NCBI RefSeq assembly: GCF_036588685.1
Contig: NC_086380.1
Location: 11,222,001-11,286,000 of the forward strand
Length of the DNA: 64,000 bases
Origin: Mytilus trossulus
Taxonomy: Eukaryota
Reading direction: 5' to 3'
Shown: one piece after another, positions 49,001-61,000 of the stretch
Layout: each line of letters begins with the position of its first letter
Numbering within the stretch: position 1 is the first letter of the stretch
Notes under the pieces: generated by a model
The model's database searches: none
The model's input: only the letters and a program-made list of their open reading frames with translations
What the model was told of the DNA's origin: nothing
Translations under genes and position numbers: made by a program

Positions 49001-52000
49001 TTTGAATGGTTTTACACTAGTAATTTTGGGGACCTTTATAGCTTGTTGTTGAAGGCCGTTTATTGACCTATAATGGTTTACTTTTTAAAATTGTTATTTG
49101 GATGGAGAGTTGTCTCATTGGCACTCGCACCACATCTTTCTATATCTATTTTAAAGGTAAACTTAGCATTCATATTTTCCTGAGACTTGCTTTTCTCATC
49201 TTAGAGCCTGATACAAAGCAGGGCTTCCAAAACGGTCATATATTCTGGACATTTGTGTAATGTCCTGTAAAAGTCCGGCTGGGCAAAGCATGAAACGGTC
49301 ATATACTTTTTAGTTTTCAAGGTTTTTTTTGTCATTTTAACATAATTCACGATCTTTTTGACCCAACCTTTTGCCTTTTAACATCAACACATTTTGCTGT
49401 CATCAAAGTGGCATGATGATTAATGACTATCAAAACAACCCCTACTTCAAAATACTTTCTAATTTTAATCAAGGCTAATTAGTAGTTAAACAGCTGAAAT
49501 CTACCTGTTTAGGTGACAGGTGAACTATTTCCAGTTCCGGACATCGTATAAATTGATCGGGCTATTCACAATTATTTTCTTACAATTCAGGGGTTTGTAT
49601 TTAATTGATTTAGTCCAAAAGATTAAAATTATAAGAAATTAGTTTATCAACATGATTTGATGAAAAATTAAAAAAGGTTTTAAATGAAAAATTGTCATTA
49701 CTACGTTGTATGAACTAGAACACGTGTGCGCATGTGCACAGGTGAGAAATTTAATTATGCATCCTAAATTTCTTCAAAAATGCTAAAATTATCATTGATA
49801 CCAGTATCTAATGTTCATTTCAAGTATTTTGTTGAAGAAATAGCGTGGAAAGAGCTTCTTCACTCAGTCATGCTTTGTAAAACGTACACGGAATATACAT
49901 ATCTGTTTATGGTCCAGGTTTTACCAGTCAAGTCAACATCTGGTTAGAAAAATGTGATTTTCAAAACGAAACTTGAAAGTAAAGTTTTTGACAATGTCAT
50001 TTTGCACAAATAAAGAGTCTTAAGGCAGATATGATCACGCTGATGTGCACATTTTAAATGATGCACTGCCAATTTAACAGTTTACATTCGAACATCAAAT
50101 TCATATCAAAGAAAAGTTTAAAATCGTTTTTTTTTTTAATGTAATGTCAATCATTGGAATGGCATTCTGATTTATACCATAATTGCCTTTTGTGACTAAG
50201 TCTTAAGGGATTAAATCAGGATCAGAAATAAAATGTCCGGCTGGCTCAAATATTTTTTGGAAGCCTTAATACAAAGTATTGGCTATTCCTTAAATTCATA
50301 TTTTAACCTCTACAAGTACAATGTTTCTAGATTTATATAATGAGAGGTTATGTTGCTACTTCATTAACATTCAACCAAAATCTTCTCTTAAAAATTTACA
50401 TACAGAATTTTTACCTTTATCAGAGAAAGTCTTACAATTGTACCACATATGATAAATTCCGTGATTCAAACTTCAGAAGTATACTTACTATATTTTCTAG
50501 TGTAGCAACACACGCCAACACATAGTCAGCTGCACATAATTTATTTTTATAACCATACTGGGCTGAAAATGATGGTATCACAACATCCTGGTTAGTTAAA
50601 CTAAAAAATAAATAGAAAGTCTATAAAGATCCTGAAAACAATGTACCAATTCAAATACTATTTTGCAAAATGGGAATGGCATTTCATAAACAAATTGAAA
50701 TAGGACACATCAATTGAAAGTAGTTGAGCAACATGATTTTAATCATAATTGTATTTTGTTATGAGCAAATGCTGTGCCAAGTAAGATTTTTTCTAGACAG
50801 GAAATATTAAAAAAAATATATCATATGCTATGGTCAGTAATAAAAGCAACGATACTTACCAAATTTCAGTGATACTCAAAACAAATGATATTTTAAAATC
50901 AATATAGAACTATAGAAGTCAATACATTAATTCATTTTGTAAATATAGAGTTAAGATGTTTTTGTGTTTCTTTATGTTGATATGTTTTAATCAACTCTCT
51001 CTATGGGTAACAAATTGTGCTTTAGCTGATTTATACATTCAAATGCTTGTGCTCTACAAGTGCTTTTTTATGTGTTGTTTGTAATGATATCTTATGATTT
51101 TATTGGTTGCAACTGATCTGGTCTTTGTATTGAAATCTTATGATTTTAATGACTGTGCGGCTTTTTGTATGTTGCATGTGCTTTTTATTTATCAATATGT
51201 TCAGCTTGTATTGATTGTATGTCCTGTATATGTACATGTTGCAATTTAATGATTAATCCTGTTAAGTGATTATACATAAGTCGGTTTAAGAGTTATAAAG
51301 AGCACATATTCTAAGTTGATTGTGTATATGAAACCTAAATTTTAAATAAAGATTGTTCTACTTTACTAATAATTGATATCTGTCTATTTACCCATATTTT
51401 GTCATGTGATCTTGAATCATCTGTTTTATGTTATGTCGTAAAGACGATTCCATTGAGGAAAATTTCTGTTTACACTGACTCAATGGCATTCTGAAACAAA
51501 TCATGTCATAAAATGTTTACATTTCTTTTTAGTAATATGCATCTTTTCTAAAAAAAGATTGTAAAATATTAGAACACAGGGATATTCATATTGTCAGTTA
51601 GGAAGAGGGTGTACAAAAAAATGTGACTTTTACTGGAAACATCAAAAGACATTCAACAAGTTTATTTTAAGAAAAGACAAAAGAAAGCATTTATTTGAAG
51701 AAAGATTATAAAACAGATTATCTCCCCATAAGTAGAAATATGGACATGCTTATTTTTTAAAGAATTTCACCTCTTCCCGAAATAAAGATTGACCGACATA
51801 AAACTTACTCATAGTCAATCACACATAAAGGTTGTTGATTTTTTTCATGGATTTAAATATTATGGCAATTCTGACACTGATTACCAATAGGTCCAACATT
51901 TGAGAATGTAAATGATTTTCACAGGAATTAAAACTCACCCCATTTCTGCTAAAAATTCATGTAATCTTTTCTGTCCCTTTAACGTCCAAACTTTGAATTT

Positions 52001-55000
52001 ACAAGCCAAGTTAACCGAATGACATATACTGTCAAACAACGACCAATGTCGATATAATGTTAATTGTAATTCTTCATCAAACACTATTTTTAAACAGTTT
52101 ATAGATATGATATTATCTTCATCATCACCTCTGAAAAGAAAGAAAATCATTTAATATGAATTTCAGTTGATATCGTAATTAAAGAACAGAAAATTGCAAA
52201 TTAAAATATAGAATGCCATATGCTTTGCATTTACTTTACTACTGAGTATGTACCTATTACCAGGTTGTCTGTATATTGATATTATAAAATATCAGCTGGG
52301 AGTCATAATATGAAGTTTTTTTTAGTTTTAGTTCATTTATATGTTTTGGAGTTTAGTGTGATGTCCATTTTCACTGAACCAGTACACATTTTGTTTAGGA
52401 GTCAGCTGGATGCCGCCTCTGGGTGTTGGACTTTCTTAGTTTCTCCCTTTGGTCAGTTTGTTGTCTCTGTTTTGTTCACACATCACAGTCAATATACTGG
52501 TAATTCATGTGACTATCATACAAGTGAGAGGTTTAGCTAGCAAACCAGGTTTGATTCACCATTTTCAACATAAGAAAATGCCTGTACCAAGTCAGGAATA
52601 TTACAGTTGTTATCCATTGGTTTGATTTTGCCATTTGATTAGGAAATTTCTGTTTTGAATTTTCCTCACAATTCAGTATTTTTGTGTTTTTTCTTTATTG
52701 ACACATTCCCCATTTTTAGTCTAGTGAGTGCAGCCAATCAGTTCAGTTGATAGTTTACAATATAAATATGCAGACAACTAGATAGTTGATTTATCTTGTT
52801 GTATTTGTGTAATTTTTTATGATAGAAACAAGTGTTTTATTTCTTTCACCAGGCAACTGGAAGATAAGTTGATAGGTTGTGATAAAACTTATCAAGGAAG
52901 GTTCATTCATAAAGACATTGCTGGTACAAAGTATGTCCAAGTCAAAGATAACAAGGCCTTAATAAAATCCTTAGTACTTCTACTTGCTTTTTCCCTTACC
53001 AAAATCCTGTCTATTCAAAATGTTTTCTCTTTTTTTTTAAAATAACTTTTAGTCTGTTTCCTTAGCTATTTGACTTACTAGATTCTAGACTCATTGTCAA
53101 TCTAGAGTAAACATAAAATTAATGTAAACCTGTGATTATGTCTAGCAACATGTGACTCAAGAATAAACATAAATGTAAACCTGTGATTATGTCTAGCAAC
53201 ATGTGACTCTAGAGCCATTGCATCATCAATATATTTATCCCTGGGAGTTTTAAAATGTATATATTGATCTGTTACTCCTACGACAGCCAACCTGTAAAGA
53301 AACAAGTCTGAGATTTAAAATAATTTCTGATCTATACATCAAACATATTTACTCAAATAAACAATTAATTCTTGCTGGTATATGTTCAATTTTTTTAATA
53401 TATGATACCAGTATGTTTGATTTGTGTGGAAATGAATAAGAAATGTATTTCTTTCTCAAAATGCTTAAAATATATTTGTAAGCTAATAAGCAGTTTCTCA
53501 TGTTCTTAGTAACCTAATTATACATCACTGAAGAGACATATATTGTCGAAATCTAGATCTGGTGAACTAAAGAAATATTGACACCGAATGTTTGTGGTGC
53601 AACATCGTGGCCACAAGTTAAAAAAAAAAAAAAAAATTCTGTGACGTATTAAATTAATATTAAGATCCAGTTTGTTACATCTTGTGATCAATTTTATTTG
53701 GCAGTCGCCAATGGCAGTCAGCAGGGTTAAAGAACATCAGTTGTTCGACCTGTTAGTCAAATGCGTTTTGTTTAAATATACTTTTTCACTTTGTTGGTCT
53801 TTTGGAAAATGTTGTTTGTGCTGTTTTTAGACCCTTCTACAACGAAATTTGTTTGACATGCACACGTATAAAAATTGCGGTTTTTATCCAACGCAATCAT
53901 ATGTTTGAACGTAGTTTTCAATTTAGACTCGTTTATATATATATATATATATATATAAGTTTTTCTGAATTTCTATATGTCATGAAATGACTTAAGAATG
54001 AACTATCATATACCATCCATTAACAGGATTAAGCACTTTTGCTATAAAAAGCTCAGACTAAAAAAGATTTTTTTAAATAATAAAAAATCATACCATACTA
54101 AATCATTTGTATCTTTAGACATTTTCCACGCCAACTCAAACATTATTAGAGAAGCCTGTAATAAATAAGAATTTTAATTCATTAAAACAGGAAGTAAATC
54201 AAACAAATAAATGGGAAACACAGTCTGCACGATTAGCCACTAGTCCGATGTCCCAGACTAGTAAAATTTCATTCAGACTAGTAAGTTTTTGCAACAGCAA
54301 GACTTTGTTTGGACCAATAAGAAAAATGTCAGAATATTGGTTTTCGGACTGGTAGTTGAAAAAGTTTTTGGTGCAGACTGGGAACAAGTCAATGGGACAC
54401 AGATGATGACCCTGCTTGCATATCATATAAAAGAGTCATAACTGAAGAACAGTTAAAGTGATGCAACACAAATTTGTAGTTGACCTAAATTTTGTGGAAA
54501 TAAGTATTGTGCAGTAAGTAAGTTCCATAACATTTGGTTAAGGTAACTAAAGTTAGAGAATGGAAACAAAACAATTCAGCAATTTATAAAGGGACATAAC
54601 TTTAGAACAGTTAAAGTGACACCACCAAAGTTCTTACTTGATCTGTTTCGTGGTAATAAGGGCTATTCCATTTAAACATACATCAACCCCCAGGAAGGCA
54701 CTATGACAATAGGGCAGCCACCCAGAGAAGCATTTTTAAAAATTTTGAAGGATTGTCCTCATCAAAACTTTGAAAAGGGCACCCACCACTAGAAGTGGTT
54801 TCAAAATGCCTTCCTGGGGTTGATCTATGTTTAAATGGAATAGCCCTAAGCATTTCTAATAAGTTTCATGACATTTGGTTGAGGCAAGCAAAAGTAAGAG
54901 AATGGAAACCAACTTTGGGATATACAAACAAGGCTACAGCAGGGGCACTGTTAATTGAAGGAATTTTTTTTGGTTGAATATCCAATGATATATCTGCAAA

Positions 55001-58000
55001 GTTCACATTCAGCCTCATTTTAACTGGGTATTAAATATTTTTTTATATCATGTGTACATTTTCAAGACTATATTAAAGACATACGAATCTAATACTGTAT
55101 TTATGTATATTTCTAATAAAATTACCACCCATAATTTGTCAAAGTTGTTTTTAGTCAGATATGTTTGAACTTGATTTTTTTACAATACTAGTGGCCAATT
55201 TTCAACATTAAGGTAGAAGTTGAACAAAAAGAGCATTGCTGTTGAGAAAAATACCGGAGAAATCATAATTCACCATAATATCCGTGAAAAATATAATGTT
55301 CAGTAAAGCAAACACAATTTTTTTTTGCAGATTTAAATGAAGTAATAACATTCAAAATTTTCGGTAAAATTAAATTGAATTGCCACATGCTGGCGTAGAT
55401 ATGTACTTACAGAAGTGCCATATGTAGAGAACTGATTATATTCAAATAATATCTTCTGTCTGGAAAAATAAAAAATATATTACTTAAGTCAGCAACAATT
55501 CACAAATAGGTCAAGTAGAAATTTTTAAAATGAAAATACCTTATATAAAATTGTATGTTTGTTTGATGGTTTTTATGTAACTTTCTGAAAGAATACCATT
55601 TGAACGGTTATTTACATTCTAAATTTCTTTTACAAAATCCAGTGATAAAATTAAACAGTTTTGGTAAATTTGATAATACATGTATTGATCTTTCTAAAAA
55701 TAAGACTAAAGAATGGAAAATGCATAATCCTGCACTCAATTTTCAAATCTATAACTTTGAATATCCCGCAATTTTTGTTTCAATACTAGTAAATTCTAGA
55801 TTCATTTCAAGTTAATTCAAACTATTGGAAAAAACCTTTCAAGGTTTATTTATACATGAAAGTTTAACTATATGATATCAAATACCTATTCTCATCCCAG
55901 ATTCTTTTATCTCGTCTCTTTTCAATAGCTTCATCATCAAACCTTTTTCTTTTTCCTGATCTTTCTGAGGTATCACTATCATTTCCTGAATCATCGTCTG
56001 ACTGTAAATAAAATAAAAGAAAGTGTAAAAAAGTTGTTCCTACAACTTATTTCAAAGCTGTATACAAATGTTGTTCACCATTGATAGTCTTTTCTTTCAT
56101 TTGTTTCAACTGTCAGTGTGAAATAAGTTTCTAGGGGGATGGCCCTCACTCTGTATATCATTTTTTTTAATTATGTAGCCATGTTCTGCATTTTGAAAGC
56201 TATTAGAGTGGTGTTTTTCAGATACATAGGCATTAATTCATACATTTTTTACGTTGATCATTAAATTTACAGAAAAATTGAAGAAAAAGGTTGAAGTACC
56301 TAACATCTATATATCACTATTGAAATAGCTGAAGCAATACTTTTTCCTGCTTACTGCAAATGAAGTCATGTACTTGACCATGTTCTCTCAATTTTCTGAA
56401 GCAATTAACATGGCCTTTTAAAAAATGATAAGATTCTTTGTACTTCATCAAGAATTTGGTCTTTTTTTGGAGCTACTATGTCATCTTTTGGGACAATTCA
56501 AAGCCATAAATTTCTTTCCATCAGTGTATTAAGATAATAAAAATTTGTAAGGGTTCCAAAGAACCAAGTGTTTCGCCTACTTTTGCTGTTATTCACAGGC
56601 TCAACAAAAATGAGGAAAAAAAATCATAAAAATATATCTTTTGAATCTAAGAAGCTTCTGACTAAGTTTGGTAAAAATCCAGAATAGTTTATGAATCTAA
56701 TAAATGTTTTAAATCTTTAACTGCAGACTGAATGTAATTTGAACAGGAAGAAAAACTAAGTCCATTTATAAGTAAAATATGGATAAACAGGTACAAACTT
56801 TTAACAAAATTTCCTTCCAGATACTAGCTTTTGATCATAAACAAGCTTCTGTCCATGTTTGGTACAAATGCAGCATAGTTTGAGAAAGTTATTAAAATTT
56901 TACAGAGTGAATATTTATGGACACCACCTACAACGGAAAGTAGGATTGCTATGTCTTGCTTAACGAAAAAAGTCAAAGGCTTGACAAAACTGATGTGATC
57001 ACCAATGAGTCAAATATCCAACAGAGTTCAAATGACATGGATTTCAAAAATTAAAATGTTATTGCATTGCTTCAGAATTGAGCAAAAGCCATTCTAAATA
57101 GCTAAAGTCTGCAATTAAAGCCCAACAAGAGATATGCGAAAAAAATCAATTGAGAAAATTTAGAAAGTAACAAAATAATTTTACTAGTAAAAAAAATACT
57201 GATATAAACTTAAGTTATGTTGTTATATAAGTTATTTCATAAATCTGTTATAATGGATAGATTACTTGACTTTATATAACATTCTTACATCATCATCTCT
57301 GAATAAAGAATCATAATCTGGTAACTCATCAAACTCTTCTTCCTTCATTAACAGCTTGACTTGTACAGCATTAAATACATTGTGTACATCTACTGGTCTG
57401 TGGCTAAAATATATAATACAACAGTTTTATTTGAACAGCATGAAATACAATGTTTACATCTACTGGTCTATGGCTAAAATAAAATACAAGAACAGTCAAG
57501 CTCTTAATATATTTTTTTTTATAAATTTGGGTGTTTTTAAAGAAGGTATGATACGATACATATCTGATTACAACATGCACAATACAAGGATTTCTATTAG
57601 ATACATAATCAATACCCAAACTGTTTTTATTGTTTTGTTTAGCAAACATGCTGTTCCTCAAATGTAGCTAGTCAGATTTAAAATATTTTTTTAACTAATC
57701 ATGTATCAGCCAACCATTTTCATAGAGAAGTGTAATTTGAAACAAGTTTTGAAAATGATAAAACTCAGAATTTATCTAGAAGGAACCAAACCATAAAATG
57801 AATGAAATTAATTGAAAATTTGAACAAAGAACAACGTTTCAGAACTAGTTTGAAGCGCCTTTACAGGTTTTATCTTCACACTGAACACTTAACCATGTAA
57901 ACATTACAGAATTGTCCTTTGATTTCTAATGATTAGTTGACTCATTGGTAATCATGCCAAGATTTTTTCCAAATGCCACACCATATTCTCCGTTCTTCAA

Positions 58001-61000
58001 GTTTTCTTACATGAAAAGTCACCTTATACCTCACCTATCACATATATAAAATCTAACGCTCTCTTCTGGCTGTAAAGTCTCAACAACATCTACTGATGCT
58101 CCACAGTTTATAAATATCACATGTTTAACCTGTAATTATAAGATAAGCAATTAACAGATGAAGGAGGCTGGAAACATATTGCTTCCAACATTTAATGTGT
58201 CACTTTAATTTGTATAATAGCTTTATACTTAAATACGTAACAAAAAGGATACATTTTAGGTCATAAAAAAGAATAGGTTTTGTTTGCCCCTAACCTACCT
58301 ACCTAAAAATAGCTGCCTTCCTCAAAATCTTTTATTGCCCTGATGTGGAACTTTTTTTTTATTCAGATAGTCATGAAGACTAATAAACATTGGATACTTA
58401 AATTTCTCTTTACCATAAAAAGAAAAGAAAATGCCTTACTACCTACCAGTGTTTTGATGTTTGGGTGGGTTTGGGCAAACCAAAATATTTCTGAGGGTTG
58501 CCTTGCTTCATTTTTCATCATGAGATTATGTTCCCACATTTTGACTACTTTCTTAGATTCTTGCATACAGCGCTCATGGACTATTAGAGTTTGAGTCGAC
58601 CTTTAAATGACATCATTTAGACAGATTGACCTCAGGTTTATCATTCATAAACAAGAATGTGTCCCAAGTGCACAGATGCACCATCCACACTATCATTTTG
58701 TATGTTCAGTAGACCGTGAAAATGGGGTAAAATCTCTAATTTGGTATTAAAATTAGAAAGATCATATCATAAGGAACATGTGTACTAAGTTTCAAGTTGA
58801 TTGGACTTCAACTTCATCAAAAACTACCTCGACCAAAAACTTTCACCTGAAGTTGGACGAACAACGGACAGACGCACAGAAAACATAATGCCCATAAATG
58901 GGACATAAAAACATACAGCTTTGAAGTATGGTAGCAACAATCAAAACATATCATGATGTTGCCAATCAGCTGACATACAATATGTTTGTATTTTACACTG
59001 ATTTGTACCCAGTGTTTGAAGAACGTCATAATAGAATAAATTCAGGTAGGGCTATTCCAGAAAAAAATGTATAGGGGGTTGAAAGGCAGTTTTTGTCAGC
59101 ACCCGCCACCCAGACAATTGTAATTGAGAATTATAGTGCATTATAGTGTGAAAAGTTGCTCTAATACCGATCATCCATGTATTATTAATACAATGTGCCT
59201 TCCAACCCCCAACCCCCATACATTTTTTTCTGGAATAGCCCATATTTGATGTGGACTTATTAGTAGTTAATTACTGCTTGAATCAACAACACTTTAGACT
59301 TTACTCCTAAATACAGGGTGCAGAGAAACAGCAAAAAGTAATTTTGAAGTCTTGGTTCCACCAGGCTTGGGTTCAACCAACATCATGCCCTACACTCAGG
59401 ATAAACACATTACCACAAGACCACTGAGGTGGTAAATGTATACTGAGTATGCAAAGTATATCAAACCTACCCCTTCTGAATTTTCTACATAAGCTTTCTC
59501 TAATTCTTCTTTTCCTGTTACAGGAACTATTGTATACAGGATTTGGTCACACTGGAATAAATACTGAAAAAGAAAGTGAAAGAAAATCAAAATACTGTTG
59601 TTTAGACAAAGAGACAGTCATTCAAAGTAGCATGTTAATTAACAAGATCTCTATCTGAGAAAAAAGAAAATAAAACAAGTGTTCCTACTTACATGTACAT
59701 GCTGATAAAAATTATGTTACGTATATTGGCAAATTGTCCTCTTTTTAAAAAAAAGTTTCAACATGTTTCAAATGCTATAAAAACCATTCTGGTAGCCACT
59801 TAGAATATTAAAGGGTCAAATGGGTTAGCATAGACACATGTATCGAGTTTCTATGAGGTATGTTTACCATATCATTTGACTCACTTCTCAAAAATTTACA
59901 AACATATTGGATTGGTAAAAAACGTTATTTGCCCAATAGTGGCCATCATTGACTGACTAGTTGAACACTGTTACCAGACTCTTGAAGTAGGATTACTTGT
60001 ACTGCTGTACAGATACAATAACTTCTTATAGTATAATTTTAAATATGAGACGGGTGGCTGAATGGTCTAGGCTTACATCGTTCATACAATATCCACCTAA
60101 CTGGATTAACAAAATCCTCACATTTTAGTGAATTCAGATCTTTTTGAATCAAATTCAACAAATAACATATACATATTGAACAAATAATCATCTAAGAGGT
60201 ACATTATAAAAAATCATTATTGCCGGAGTACAAATGTCTTTTTCCTTGTTGTTTGTACATCTGTTTTCTCAGAGGATGCAATGCTTCTACATTGTGTCCT
60301 GTATAGAGTCATTTATTTTATACTCTTTCTTTTATCATGTTTTAATATTGTTTTTACTGTGGATTCATTTATTTTCGTGGGTATCAATTTTCGTGGATAG
60401 AGAAAAAAAGACGTTTCGTGGTATACGTAAATTCGTGGATCGCTGATTACAAAAGAAAAAAAAAATCAGATGCGTAATTCAGAGATTTCCTTTCGATCTA
60501 GGTGATCATAAAACCTCCTTGGTTTGATCAATAATAAAACAAACAAAAAAGAAGGAATTCATTGAAAAAGTTTTGAATTGTCAAAATCCTCGATTGGTCA
60601 TTTTAGGTTAAAGTGTTCATTGAAAACTTCTATTACAATAATGGACAAAGACAACTAATTATTTGTTTGTTTTACAATTTATAAATGCGTCGGGATTCTA
60701 TAAGGCAATCAAAACTTTATGATTGGAAGCTCATTTCCCTAATCACGATATAATAAACAGACATATAAGTAAAAGGTGTGAAAAAAAATGTGTCCTGTCA
60801 TAAACAATATTACCTACGGGCAATATCCCCGTACTTAATCCTATTGATTTTTAATCACTAGTAAACCAAACTATGACACGGTAATTAACAACTTGCAGTT
60901 ATTTTCCCTGAACAGTTTTAATCAATTTTAAAAAGTAAATTATCACTAATATTCGATATCTTTATTATTGATTTAATTAAAATACTTGTATCTTCTTTCA

